From an uncultured Deferribacteres bacterium (lineage in GTDB: Bacteria; Zhuqueibacterota; Zhuqueibacteria; Zhuqueibacterales; Geothermadaptataceae): 35,511 nucleotides of DNA. The stretch is taken from assembly GCA_964014485.1 (NCBI GenBank), contig CAXHAT010000074.1, positions 1 through 35,511 on the forward strand. The letters run 5' to 3'. Positions 18,004 to 28,246 of the stretch are shown piece by piece (position 1 is the first letter of the stretch; the number at the start of each line of letters is the position of its first letter). The position numbers and the translations under genes were made by a program. The notes beneath the pieces were generated by a model that was given only the letters and a program-made list of their open reading frames with translations, did no database searches and was not told the origin of the DNA.

Positions 18004-20502
18004 TTAGGATTTTTTCTCAGCCTTTTCCTTCTCGGCGGGTTTTCTGTCAGGTTTTGTCTTGGTAGAATCAGATTTGGTAGAATCAGCCTTGGTTCCTCGC
18101 CCCCGCTCTCCACCAGAAGACCGCTTTAGGGCCCGGTTTTTCAAACTGTCAAAACGCGATGTTTTGGAATTTCTCTCAAGTAGCTGTTGGATTCGCGCCG
18201 CTTGTTCTTCTTCTTCCACATCTAAAGGTCGCGTCATTCCCGCGTCGCCCCCCAAGCTATCGCTTTGAACTTCAGACGCCTCAATTGCGGCGCTGTCCGC
18301 AAGAGCAGGGTTGGCCGCCGCCAGACTATCGGCTTTTGCCGCAGCTTCCAATTTCGCAAGAGAATCGGCGACCGCTTTTCTTTGCTGCTTCACATACTCT
18401 ACTTTGGATTTGATCTCGCCGGCGTATTGGGATCGTGGAAAATCTTGGGCGAGGCGCTCATAATAATCGAACGCCTTTTCGTTATCCTTAAGTTTGTTTT
18501 CATGAATCCAACCCAGCGTGTACAACAGTCGCTGATTCACGGAATCCGGCTGCGGAGATTCCAAGGCGTTTTCAAAGCGCGTGATAGCAGTTTCCGGCTG
18601 CTCTTCAGAAAAAAGCGCATCGTAAGCCGATTGCAGAGCGCCGTCGATGCGAGGCGAAGTTTTTACCAGTGTATCGCTTTCGCTTTCAACAAGCCCAAGC
18701 TTGACCGCCGCTTTTCTTCCATGTTCAGTGTCCGGGTAATTCAGCGTCAGAATCTGGTAAATGCTGTCGCGAACGGCTTCATTTGGAAATTCGTGCTCAT
18801 AAATATATGCGAGCGAATAGAACGAAAAAGCGCGTTCTTCCGCAACTTCACTTGTTGTCAGGACGTCCAGGTAGAGGTTTAAGGCTGAGTCGGGAATTTC
18901 AAATTCAAACAAAAACAACTCCGCCATCTCAAAATTTTTCTGTGAAATCAAGGCATGAAGACTGTCCGAATCTCCAGGGCGTACTTTGATTGTTTTTTTT
19001 CTGGGCTTGGTGCGCCGGTCTCGAGAATTCGGAGAGTTTCTTCTATTATTCTCATTCGCCAGTCGATTCTGTTCCGCCTGCCCCAAATTTCTTTGCGAAC
19101 GCGGGTCTTGGCGATTATTAAAATTTCTCTGATTATTTGCTGTGCTTGAATTTCGATTCTTTTGATCGCGCTGGGAAGCTCTGGCAGTTTTGAAACGAGG
19201 TTCTCTCTTCGTCTCATTCTCAAATTCGGCTATTTCTTCTTCGTTTAACACGACCTCTATCATTTCCGTTTTTTTCGGGGGGCGCGCCGCGCTCTTGGCG
19301 GTATCTTCAACAGCCGTTGTATTCTCTTCCGCCACGTCAGGGTTTGCGGCGTTTTCATGCCACTCTTCCAACTTTGTCAAAGCCTTTCGAAAATTCACCA
19401 CTTCTTCTTGCAGCCCGACGAGCATTTTCAGATGTTCTGCGCGTTTGTCCGCTTCTTCAACGAGCTCGTGTTTCGCGAATTGCCGTTTTACATGGCGATA
19501 GTTTTCTTCCGCGGCTTTATAATTTGAGAACATCGTCTCGTCGTATTTTGCCAGTGCGAAATAAGCGCCGGCGGCGCCTTCAGTCCTCGGATGGTCGTCA
19601 ATAATATCGTTGTAAAGTTCAAGCGCCTTGCCATCTTCGCCAGTCGCAAGATATACGTGGGCCAATTCCAATTTTGCATGATAGATTTCTTTATTCTGGA
19701 AATCTTTGTCGACAAGGTCTTTTAAGATTTTCTTTGCTCGGAACTGTTCTCCCGAAGCTGCGACAGCCACGCCGTAGGCTAAAGTAGATTGAAATCTCGT
19801 GTCCTGCTTTTTAGCGCGCTTGCTCGCTCTGGCCAAATATTCAGCGGCTTTTGAGTAGTCGTCCAATTCCGAATAGCATCGTCCGAGGCGCATCAAGGAT
19901 TGAACTTCCAACTCGTTATTATCGACGCTGCCAAGCGCTTGCTCGTACTGCACAACAGCTTCGTCGTACTTCTCTTGCTTAAATCTGGACTCGCCAATCC
20001 AAAAGCTGGCTTGTTTGCGAAAGCGCTTTTGCTGGCCCGCGACCTGTTCGACCAAAATCGTCTCCGCTTCGCGATATTCTTCAAGATTGATTTTTGATTT
20101 TGCCAGCCACAACTTTGCTTCAGGTGCATGCACGCTATTCGGGAAATATTCCTCCAGTTCTTCAAATTTCCGCTCGGCTTTACGGTATTCTTCGATGTAA
20201 TAATAACTTCTGCCGATAATCATGATGGAGTCGTCGACATACTTGCTTTCCGGAAATAGTTGGACAACTTTGCTGGCTTGATTGATAGCCTTGTCAAACT
20301 TCTGTTTTTCTTGTGACGACGGTTGTTCCGTCACCCTGTTCTTATATTCCTTGAGCGCTTCGTTATAATATTTTTTGGTGTTGTAGAAAGTGTTAAAATA
20401 TGCGCAAGAACTTGTAAAAAGTGCGCCTGTCGCCAATAACACCGAAACGCCTCGTTTCAGCAAGATCATGTTTTTTGTGGAAGGGCTATTTTTATCGGTC
20501 AT
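18004..20502 (-). CDS. Large TPR-repeat lipoprotein
   Basis: Lipobox-like FTSSC followed by AYFNTFYN; many TPR-like helical repeats; low-complexity N/R/Q insert and charged tail; start uncertain (20502 or 20469). Confidence 0.75.
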   Translation of the reverse strand: MTDKNSPSTKNMILLKRGVSVLLATGALFTSSCAYFNTFYNTKKYYNEALKEYKNRVTEQPSSQEKQKFDKAINQASKVVQLFPESKYVDDSIMIIGRSYYYIEEYRKAERKFEELEEYFPNSVHAPEAKLWLAKSKINLEEYREAETILVEQVAGQQKRFRKQASFWIGESRFKQEKYDEAVVQYEQALGSVDNNELEVQSLMRLGRCYSELDDYSKAAEYLARASKRAKKQDTRFQSTLAYGVAVAASGEQFRAKKILKDLVDKDFQNKEIYHAKLELAHVYLATGEDGKALELYNDIIDDHPRTEGAAGAYFALAKYDETMFSNYKAAEENYRHVKRQFAKHELVEEADKRAEHLKMLVGLQEEVVNFRKALTKLEEWHENAANPDVAEENTTAVEDTAKSAARPPKKTEMIEVVLNEEEIAEFENETKREPRFKTARASQRDQKNRNSSTANNQRNFNNRQDPRSQRNLGQAEQNRLANENNRRNSPNSRDRRTKPRKKTIKVRPGDSDSLHALISQKNFEMAELFLFEFEIPDSALNLYLDVLTTSEVAEERAFSFYSLAYIYEHEFPNEAVRDSIYQILTLNYPDTEHGRKAAVKLGLVESESDTLVKTSPRIDGALQSAYDALFSEEQPETAITRFENALESPQPDSVNQRLLYTLGWIHENKLKDNEKAFDYYERLAQDFPRSQYAGEIKSKVEYVKQQRKAVADSLAKLEAAAKADSLAAANPALADSAAIEASEVQSDSLGGDAGMTRPLDVEEEEQAARIQQLLERNSKTSRFDSLKNRALKRSSGGERGRGTKADSTKSDSTKTKPDRKPAEKEKAEKKS

Positions 20503-20661
20503 TTTTAAAGCTCGTTTTGAAAATCTGCATTGTGAACCAAGCGCATTGGCGGTCTTAACATAGAGATAACCGACGTAACTCTGACAGGGTTCCAAACCCC
20601 GTCAGCGTCAGAAGATTTCCAGAAGCCAATCTCTTAACGCTGAAATGGGAATATTGATCCT

Positions 20662-23034
20662 TTACTCGGAATCGATTAATCCGAGCAATTTGTCTCTCGC
20701 AGCTTTGTCGCGGATTGCACGTTCTCGATAATCCTGGGCTTGAGAATGCTGAGAATCGATTTCTAGAATTCGATCAAAAAGCGCGATGGCTCTTTCATAT
20801 CGCCCTTCGGTGTATTCAGTCACGCCCGTGTTGAAGAATTGTTCGACTTGAATCGTCAAGATTCGGTTACACTCAGCGATTCTTTGATGACATCGCGTTG
20901 ACTCCGGGGCGCGATTACAAATATCTCTGTAGTATTCCAGCGCAAGCAGATAATTTCCAGCAATAAACGCTCTATCGGCGTTTCTATATCTCGATTCGAC
21001 GTCCAGGTTATTGAGCGCGTCTTCTTTTCTCGAATGCACGTCTTTATAGCTTTTATCGTCGATCAAAATTGAGTCAAAATGGGCTATGGCCGCCGTCCAG
21101 TTTCCAGCATTAAATTGATTCAAACCGCGAACATAAATTGCATTAACAAAGGCAGCCTTCGCTCTTGCCACGCGTCTTAAAAGGTTACTGGCTAAATCTC
21201 GCCTCGGCGGATATTTTTTCAATTGCTCAAATCGTTGTTTAGCGCGTTCGAAATCGCTCCGTTCAAGCAACCTTCTCCCCGAGTCCACCAAGCTCTGCAC
21301 TTCCCTCGCGAGTTTCCGTTCGATAGCCTTTCGTTTTTGCTTCGCCTGATACAAATCAGGGTCGGCTTCCAGCGCGCCTACCAGCATATTGTCTGCGTCA
21401 ATATACTCCGCTCTCCGGATGTGATCGTCAGCCCACTGCAGCATTTTTTTCGTTCGTTGAGCTTGGTCTTCGGCTTCTTTGCTCGCTTTTTCAAAATACT
21501 CTTTTGCGGCAAGATTATCAGTGTCATAGTTAACCGCAAGTTCAAAATTTTCAGCGGCCTGCCGATATTTTTTCTGTTGAAAAAAGCCAACGCCTCGCTC
21601 GTAATGCTTGCGCGATTCCTCTCGGTACCTCTCATTGAGTTTCAAGCGCACCGTATTGCCGGCAACATGCGACTTGTCGAGTTCCAAAACATAGGAAATC
21701 GCCGTTTCGGCGTCCTTCAATGAATCTCTCGACAAAGAATATTCCGCCGTAGCCAAGAGATCTTCTATATTCTGATCGACTTTCAATTGAATCGCCGTGA
21801 GACGTCTGGGAGCTTCGGGATTTTCACGATCCAACGAAATAATTTTTTGATAATTCAAAGCGGCGCCGATGTACCAGCCCTTTTCCTCATATCCGGCGGC
21901 TTCAACAAAAAGATTGTCAATCTTCTGCGTCGTCAGATTCAGTCTCTCATTTATTCTGGCCATCAGGGCAATTGAAAGCGAGTCGTTGGGCACAAAGCTC
22001 AGCGCATTCTGCAATGACTTCAAAGCGCGTCTCGGCATTTTATTGCGATAAAGACGCACGCCTTTCGCACGAGCGTCGCGGGCGCGCATCGAAGGCGACT
22101 TTCCCAATCTTACCGCAAAATCAGCCAAAATCGTCTGTTTTTCAAATGAGTAGGTCACGTCGATGCTGTAGTGGCGTGAAAGAAAACTCGCTCCCAATGC
22201 GGTGCGGTCAAAATCAAAATCTTCGATTCCCCCCACCACGTTCAAAAAGCCGCGAATCGGAACGGCAACGCCAAATCTTGGCAAAAACATTTCATCGTCA
22301 AAACGAAAAGAAGAAAAGAGCGTCGTTCCGCTGTTGAGCAATCTATAAAATGCTGAAACGTCGCCGTACGCTCTCAGTTCGCTGGGCCCAATCGGAATAT
22401 CCTGGACGGTCAGCGCCAGCGCAAACTTTTGCGGCAAAATAACATTGTTAAACCATTTAGATTCATTGATGCGCAAGGCGTTCAGCTCTGAGCTTTTTGA
22501 AAACGGAAACGCATACAACCCGAAAGAGAGATTGCTGTCAAAAGCCGATTCTCCTGAAAATCTGTTAAAATTAACCGCTCCTCCAGCATAAAAATAGCGC
22601 GTAACTTCCCGGCCAAATCCAAATATGACGCGACGTAAATAATGATTTTCTGAATTCAGCGAGTCTGGGCTTAAACGAGGCGAAGGGAATTCGGTTAAAG
22701 CAAACGCCAAGCTGCCGACATTGGGAAAGAAATAGGAAAGCCCCAGAAAACTGAGGCTAAAAGGATCGCTGGCAGAGGCGCGGAATTGAGCGTCCTTGAT
22801 TAAACCGAGACTGGCGGGATTCCAAAAAGCCGCGGCAGGATCGTGAATGGCGGCGGTCAGCGCGTTGCCCAGTCCGGCGGCGCGCGCACTCGGATTGGCG
22901 AACTCAATCAAAGACTGCGGCGTTAGTTTCGCTGGAGCCAACAAAACCAGCGCCAAAAACAGGAGTTTATACTTCTGAATATGCTGTTTTATTTCCAGTT
23001 GACGGGTATTAAGCGACTCAACAATAGCGGTCAT
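20662..23034 (-). CDS. PorV/PorQ-like outer-membrane barrel fused to TPR repeats
   Basis: SARAAGLGNA...DPAAAFWNPASLG N-terminal motif, beta-rich first ~310 aa, then TPR repeats (HYERGVGFFQQKKYRQAAENF, FFNTGVTEYTEGRYERAI). Confidence 0.65.
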   Translation of the reverse strand: MTAIVESLNTRQLEIKQHIQKYKLLFLALVLLAPAKLTPQSLIEFANPSARAAGLGNALTAAIHDPAAAFWNPASLGLIKDAQFRASASDPFSLSFLGLSYFFPNVGSLAFALTEFPSPRLSPDSLNSENHYLRRVIFGFGREVTRYFYAGGAVNFNRFSGESAFDSNLSFGLYAFPFSKSSELNALRINESKWFNNVILPQKFALALTVQDIPIGPSELRAYGDVSAFYRLLNSGTTLFSSFRFDDEMFLPRFGVAVPIRGFLNVVGGIEDFDFDRTALGASFLSRHYSIDVTYSFEKQTILADFAVRLGKSPSMRARDARAKGVRLYRNKMPRRALKSLQNALSFVPNDSLSIALMARINERLNLTTQKIDNLFVEAAGYEEKGWYIGAALNYQKIISLDRENPEAPRRLTAIQLKVDQNIEDLLATAEYSLSRDSLKDAETAISYVLELDKSHVAGNTVRLKLNERYREESRKHYERGVGFFQQKKYRQAAENFELAVNYDTDNLAAKEYFEKASKEAEDQAQRTKKMLQWADDHIRRAEYIDADNMLVGALEADPDLYQAKQKRKAIERKLAREVQSLVDSGRRLLERSDFERAKQRFEQLKKYPPRRDLASNLLRRVARAKAAFVNAIYVRGLNQFNAGNWTAAIAHFDSILIDDKSYKDVHSRKEDALNNLDVESRYRNADRAFIAGNYLLALEYYRDICNRAPESTRCHQRIAECNRILTIQVEQFFNTGVTEYTEGRYERAIALFDRILEIDSQHSQAQDYRERAIRDKAARDKLLGLIDSE

Positions 23035-24503
23035 TAGTCAACGGTATCTTCAAATTGGTAGTTGATTTCGCAAATCTGAATAGGTCGGGTCCGTCCCTTG
23101 ACAATAATTGGCTGCAGCATATTCTTGGGGTATTTTCCGTTCAGTGCGCCGTCATCGCCGATTGTTGAAATAATTTGTCCCGCCTTGGCAATCGAGCACA
23201 AGCGAGAGGCGATATTGACGACGTCCCCGATCACCGTGTAGTCCATCCGATGCTTTGATCCCATATTTCCTAAAATTGCTGCGCCGCAATTCACTCCGAT
23301 GCCGACTTCAACAACCGGCTGTTTGGCGCCGTTGCGGCGGCGGTTAAGCTCGCGAATATCACGTTGAATTGCGACGGCGGCGGAAACGGCGTTGTCCAAC
23401 ATCCGTTTTGCCGGGAAAATTGCCATGATCGAATCGCCCATAAACTTGTCGACAATGCCGCCGTGAGTTTCGATATGCACGGTCTGCAGATGAAAGTAAT
23501 CGTTGATCAATTGGACGACGTCTTCAGCACTGAGCGTTTCTGTAATGCGGGTAAAATTTCGAATATCTGAAAAAAGTATGGCGATTTGTTGCTTTTGCCC
23601 GTGGCGCGTCGGCTGCAAACGTCCCCCGTTTCTCTCGCGAATCATCTGAACCGTGAGCTTTGAAACGAATTTTTGCATATGCAATTTTTCACGAATATGG
23701 CTGACCATACGATTGAATTCGCGCGCCAACTGTCCCAATTCATCCCGGCTGCGTCCGTCGACCTCAACCTGCAAATTCCCCAGCCCAACCTGCCTGGCCG
23801 CAGAGCTCAGTTCGGTGATCCTTGTTACAAGTCTTCCGGCGAGCATTAGAATTCCCCACACCGCCACAATAATCACCAGCGCGCCAACCAGGTAAATAAT
23901 TGACCTTGCCGCATCAATCGGAGCGTCCACCGCATCTTTCGAAAGGCCGACGCCAACGACGCCCAAGATCGCCTGTCTTCCCTCGCTGTTGGGCTTTGTC
24001 ATCACCGGGTGATAATATTCGATGGTCTCACTTAAAACCAGACTCGTCGGCGATGTGACGCTCAACAATTTGAGATACGTTTCCCGCCTCGCTTGCACCT
24101 CCTGAGTCGCCGATTCCGGCCTCACCAGGGACAGCGAGTCCCTGTCTAAAACAAAAGCGTAGGAAAATTCTTTATAATTGCCGTTGAGCATGAGCTCAAG
24201 CTGCTCCTGAACAGAGCCGGTCGGCATGCATTCATCGGTGACTTTGCACAGCAAAATATTTTTGACGTCTTGCACCAAATGCCCGGCCAGCATATGGCCG
24301 ATTTCATTCACTTTTTCGGTGTAAATTTGCTTTTGGCGAATTAAAATAGGAATGCTAAACGCGCCCACAACCGCAATCACGATAAGGACGATCACAGCGC
24401 TCAGCTTGTATTTGATCGCGAGGGATTGGACGAACCGCCTCGAAGCGATCAAGCTGGACAGGTAAAGACTTTTAAATTTCTCGATTCGCATATTTTTCGA
24501 CAC
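23034..24503 (-). CDS. Membrane-bound class III adenylate/guanylate cyclase with HAMP domain
   Basis: Two TM helices; HAMP (SRDELGQLAREFNRM); LFSDIRNFT, VDKFMGD, DYTVIGDVVNIASRL, VKGR. Confidence 0.92.
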   Translation of the reverse strand: MSKNMRIEKFKSLYLSSLIASRRFVQSLAIKYKLSAVIVLIVIAVVGAFSIPILIRQKQIYTEKVNEIGHMLAGHLVQDVKNILLCKVTDECMPTGSVQEQLELMLNGNYKEFSYAFVLDRDSLSLVRPESATQEVQARRETYLKLLSVTSPTSLVLSETIEYYHPVMTKPNSEGRQAILGVVGVGLSKDAVDAPIDAARSIIYLVGALVIIVAVWGILMLAGRLVTRITELSSAARQVGLGNLQVEVDGRSRDELGQLAREFNRMVSHIREKLHMQKFVSKLTVQMIRERNGGRLQPTRHGQKQQIAILFSDIRNFTRITETLSAEDVVQLINDYFHLQTVHIETHGGIVDKFMGDSIMAIFPAKRMLDNAVSAAVAIQRDIRELNRRRNGAKQPVVEVGIGVNCGAAILGNMGSKHRMDYTVIGDVVNIASRLCSIAKAGQIISTIGDDGALNGKYPKNMLQPIIVKGRTRPIQICEINYQFEDTVD

Positions 24504-24519
24504 AGGAACTTAACCGGCT

Positions 24520-24789
24520 TTATTTTGTCGGATCGGGTGAAACGTCCTCAACGCTTATGTTCTCAAGCCGAATTTCTAACGGCGCACGCGTTCCAAGATC
24601 GTTCAAATACCAGACGAAGAAGGCGATGATTATGGTGAGCAGCAAATACTTCCGAAGCGGTTTTTTGGCAGGTTTCGGGGACTTCAAGATGCGTTTGAAC
24701 TTAATGCGTTTCTCGTCATCATCCTTGTTCGGATCATAGTAGTAAGTGTGAAAGCCGAATTTCCGCGAAGAGTATCTCGGCGAAATCAT
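24520..24789 (-). CDS. Hypothetical small membrane protein
   Basis: 89-aa ORF in the same orientation as the operon, with one TM segment (YLLLTIIIAFFVWYL). Confidence 0.6.
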   Translation of the reverse strand: MISPRYSSRKFGFHTYYYDPNKDDDEKRIKFKRILKSPKPAKKPLRKYLLLTIIIAFFVWYLNDLGTRAPLEIRLENISVEDVSPDPTK

Positions 24790-24952
24790 GACTCAACCTT
24801 TTTGTCAATAAAACAGGTTTTTAGGCAAAGGGTTCAGGCATAAACCCATATTGCAATTCGATAATAATCTAATAATTTATCCAGTCTTCAACAAAAGAAA
24901 AGTTTATCAGGAAATAAAGCAAAATTTTTCGAAATCAAAGCAGGGCAAAAGA

Positions 24953-25747
24953 ATGCGCACAGGAGATCGATTCAATAATCTTGTAGAAATCATGGCGACC
25001 TTAAGATCAAAAAACGGCTGCCCGTGGGACAAAGAACAGACGCACCAAACGCTGCGACAATACTTGCTGGAAGAGACTTATGAAGTGATCGAATGTCTGG
25101 ATGAAAACAACCTGGGCGAACTGCCAAAAGAACTCGGCGATTTGCTTTTGCAAGTCATCTTCCACGCACAGATTGCAACGGAAGGCAACCATTTCACCAT
25201 CGATGACGTCGTCGAGCAGATCACGACCAAACTCATTGACAGACACCCGCATGTTTTCGGCGACGACGTCATCGACTCCGTTGAAGCGCAGGAAAAAAAC
25301 TGGGAGCGGCTTAAAAAACGCGAGGGTAAAAAATCGGCGGTTGACGGCGTGCCGAAAATTCTGCCTTCGTTGGCGCGGGCGAGCCGCATCCAACAAAAAG
25401 CGGCTGCGGTCGGGTTCGATTGGGATGATCAAAACGGCGTTTTTGAGAAATTAGACGAAGAAATCGCCGAGCTTAAGTCAGCCATTGCCGAAGGTAAAAA
25501 AGACGCCGTTGCGGATGAATTTGGAGACGTTCTATTTTCGTTTGTGAATATAAGCCGCTTCATCGAAGTCAACCCGGAAGACGCCATGCGACGGGCCATT
25601 GATAAATTCCTGTTTCGATTCCGTTTCATGGAACGGCGTATCAAGGAAGACGGTAAAGAGCTGCACGAAGCGACAATCGATGAAATGGAGGACGCCTGGC
25701 AATTGGCTAAAGCTAACCAAGCCAATTTGAACGGCGGCCCCGCCTAG
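24953..25747 (+). CDS. mazG: Nucleoside triphosphate pyrophosphohydrolase MazG
   Basis: LRSKNGCPWDKEQT, LLEETYEV, ELGDLLLQVIFHAQI, RHPHVFG, GFDW, EFGDVLF; start placed at ATG 24953. Confidence 0.95.
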   Translation: MRTGDRFNNLVEIMATLRSKNGCPWDKEQTHQTLRQYLLEETYEVIECLDENNLGELPKELGDLLLQVIFHAQIATEGNHFTIDDVVEQITTKLIDRHPHVFGDDVIDSVEAQEKNWERLKKREGKKSAVDGVPKILPSLARASRIQQKAAAVGFDWDDQNGVFEKLDEEIAELKSAIAEGKKDAVADEFGDVLFSFVNISRFIEVNPEDAMRRAIDKFLFRFRFMERRIKEDGKELHEATIDEMEDAWQLAKANQANLNGGPA

Positions 25748-25774
25748 CTTAACGTTTTTGAATAAGGAACTGCT

Positions 25775-25997
25775 GTTACGCGCTTGTCAATAATGCATGC
25801 TTTAAATTGGTTTTTAGCCGAATCGAATATTGCAATTGAGAATGAAGCTTTCTGACCCCAAAACGTTTTTCAAGGTCATTCCTGCGGAGGCAGGAATCCA
25901 GGGGCAGTGCACTATTTTCTGGATTCCTGCCTCCGCAGGAATGACGCGTAGAGCAAAGTTTTTAGTCAAATGCCATATCATTCGTTAGCCGCGCACC
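25775..25997. repeat. MITE-like element copy B with central REP-like palindrome
   Basis: Perfect 27-bp inverted arms at 25875-25901 and 25919-25945; flanks are the reverse complement of the copy A flanks. Confidence 0.85.
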
Positions 25998-26009
25998 AGT
26001 AAGGATGAA

Positions 26010-28070
26010 TCATTCAAAATTTGCATACGCACTGGCAAGCCGCTCCGTCTCGGATTTGGCGCGTTCCAGTGCGAGCAAAATTTTCTCAATTTCCGCCTCA
26101 ACCGAAGCCCACGCCCGGCGTTTCAGAAAATAACGCACGCCAGGAAACGCTTGCGGCGCGTAGCCAGTATCCAGACCGGGTGCGAACAGCAAATGCTTGT
26201 ACCAGTCCCTCCCCGGCAGGCCTTTTTCAGTCAAAAAGCTCTTCTCAAAATCGATCAGTTGCCGGTTCAAATCCGTCGTGTTGAAATCCCGCAGAGATTC
26301 CGGCTCAATTTTCGGAATTGTCGCGGCGACGCGGAGCCATTCGCGGCATTTTTCAATGATTGGCGTTGCGTCCGCATTATCCGGCGCACTTGCACGTCTC
26401 AGGTCGCTTTTTAATTCGTGCGCCAGTTGCAGAATTTCGCTGGCATAGGCTGAAATGGAAAACGGAATCACCGGATCGTCAGCCAGGCGCAAAATTGTGG
26501 CGGCGGTCAACTTGGTCATGGTTTTATGATAGAGAAAACCGGGATCGCCGAACATCGTCATCCAGTGAAAATTATCGTACGCCGAATGGTACACGCCGTA
26601 ATCCCCGGCGTACCAATACATCAGCGAAGGCACGCCGGCGAAATGAAAAAACGCCGTGTAATCCGTCCCCGCGCCAAGGTCGCCGACCTTGAAAACATTG
26701 CTCGGAGTATCTTGTTGCGACTGGTTCTGCCGAGCCGTCACCTTCCGGCCGCTTAACGGGTCTTGCAGCGACTCGGCGATTTCCTGAACCAGCGGTTTGA
26801 GGCCGGGTGAGGCAATCGCGTGAAAATTTCTGCCGGAAACCGTCGCGTCCAGGTTAAAATACGCGACGCAATTTTTCGCAAGATCTGCGCGGCGGTCTTC
26901 CACCCACTCCGTGCTGCCCAAAAGCCCAAATTCTTCCGCGTCCCAACTGGCAAAAACCAGCGTTCTTCGCGATTTAAACCCGCGACGGGACAATTCGCCG
27001 AAAGCTCGCGCCGTCTCCAGCAAAACGCTCGTTCCCGATCCCGGATCGACGGCGCCGTACGTCCAGGCGTCGCGGTGGCTGCCCAGAATCACCGTCTGTT
27101 CGGCTTCTTCCGCACCCGGCATGCGGCCAATCACATTCCAGACCGGGCGGATTTCGTAGTCCATTTCCACCGTCAGCATAATTTCCACCGCCCCGGCGCC
27201 AACGTGGTAAGCGAACGGCAAACCGCCCTGCCAGCCTTGCGGCACGTTTGGGCCGTCGAGTTCTTTTAAAATCTTGGCGGCGTCATTGTAACTCACCGGC
27301 AGCGTTAAAATGCGCGGCAGGTTTTCGGCTTCGTCTTCGGCAAGACGGCGGGCGTCGCTGGTCGCGGCGTAGCCCTTGGTCAGTGGATCGCCGGGGTGCA
27401 AAAACATGTACTGGATGGTGCCGCGCTGCACGGCGGAGCCGGGACGGAACGGGCCGTCCGGATAAATGTCGCCGCGCATGTAGCCGTCGTTGGCGGGGTC
27501 GGAATAAAGAATCAAGCCGATGGCGCCGTGCTCTTCCGCCTGCCGCGCCTTGACCCCGCGATAGACGCCGCCATAGCGCGCAATGACAATCTTGCCGTCC
27601 ACGCCGATTCCCATGTCCGCCAGCGTTTCGTAATCCTCGGCGCGGCCGTAGTTGGCGTAAACAACCTTGCCGTAAACCTCGCCGGACGGGCTGTAGGCGT
27701 TGTACCCGGCGATGATTTCGTCAAAATGCTTGCTCTCTCCGCCAATGACGCGCTCCGGAGTTGGGCCGGAAAAAGCGTGCGGCTTAATTATGCGCAGTTC
27801 AATTTTTTGCGGATAAGGCAGATAAACGTCGTAGGATTGCATCTCCGCTTGCAGGCCAAAATCGCGGAATTTTTGCAGGACATACTCGGCGGTTTCATAA
27901 TCCTGCAGCGTTCCCGCGACATGCGGCTTTTCCGTAAGTCTCGCCAAATAAGCGCGACAGCTATCCGCCGAAGGAATGGCCAACAGCGTCTCCTGCCAGC
28001 CTTGCGCCGAGACGCTGCACAGCGGAAGGAACAAAAGCGCAAAAAGAATTTGCCTGATTTTATTTTTCAA
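26010..28070 (-). CDS. M28 metallopeptidase, glutamate carboxypeptidase II / transferrin-receptor-like
   Basis: Signal peptide; PA domain (YANYG...RYG..YRGVK); GSHRDAW, GAVDPGSGT, SWDAEEFGLLGSTEW, YHSAYD; C-terminal dimerisation region (WYKHLLFAPG). Confidence 0.93.
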   Translation of the reverse strand: MKNKIRQILFALLFLPLCSVSAQGWQETLLAIPSADSCRAYLARLTEKPHVAGTLQDYETAEYVLQKFRDFGLQAEMQSYDVYLPYPQKIELRIIKPHAFSGPTPERVIGGESKHFDEIIAGYNAYSPSGEVYGKVVYANYGRAEDYETLADMGIGVDGKIVIARYGGVYRGVKARQAEEHGAIGLILYSDPANDGYMRGDIYPDGPFRPGSAVQRGTIQYMFLHPGDPLTKGYAATSDARRLAEDEAENLPRILTLPVSYNDAAKILKELDGPNVPQGWQGGLPFAYHVGAGAVEIMLTVEMDYEIRPVWNVIGRMPGAEEAEQTVILGSHRDAWTYGAVDPGSGTSVLLETARAFGELSRRGFKSRRTLVFASWDAEEFGLLGSTEWVEDRRADLAKNCVAYFNLDATVSGRNFHAIASPGLKPLVQEIAESLQDPLSGRKVTARQNQSQQDTPSNVFKVGDLGAGTDYTAFFHFAGVPSLMYWYAGDYGVYHSAYDNFHWMTMFGDPGFLYHKTMTKLTAATILRLADDPVIPFSISAYASEILQLAHELKSDLRRASAPDNADATPIIEKCREWLRVAATIPKIEPESLRDFNTTDLNRQLIDFEKSFLTEKGLPGRDWYKHLLFAPGLDTGYAPQAFPGVRYFLKRRAWASVEAEIEKILLALERAKSETERLASAYANFE

Positions 28071-28246
28071 ACAAGCGCCCGCTCAATTTCTTTGATGATC
28101 GCATTTCTATCATACGGAACGCCCTCGCCGCGATCCAGTTCATTAATGCCTTTTTCCAATTCTTTTCTGAGGCGCTCGAGCTTGAGCACGTCTTTTTTAT
28201 TGATGCTTTGCTTCAGCGCATCTTTCGCGGAGAGTTCTGCTTGCAC
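28067..28246 (-). CDS. Small ORF missing from the ORF track; ParD-like antitoxin fragment or pseudogene
   Basis: GTG start, 59 aa VQAELSAKDALKQ...KLERLRKELEKGINELDRGEGVPYDRNAIIKEIERALV; stop overlaps the peptidase start (TTGA). Confidence 0.5.
   Translation of the reverse strand: MQAELSAKDALKQSINKKDVLKLERLRKELEKGINELDRGEGVPYDRNAIIKEIERALV

Noticed and set aside
24953..25747. mazG as part of an antiphage system with the DGR/NLR locus
   Set aside because: It is the ordinary two-domain housekeeping MazG, on the opposite strand and separated from the DGR by a peptidase gene.
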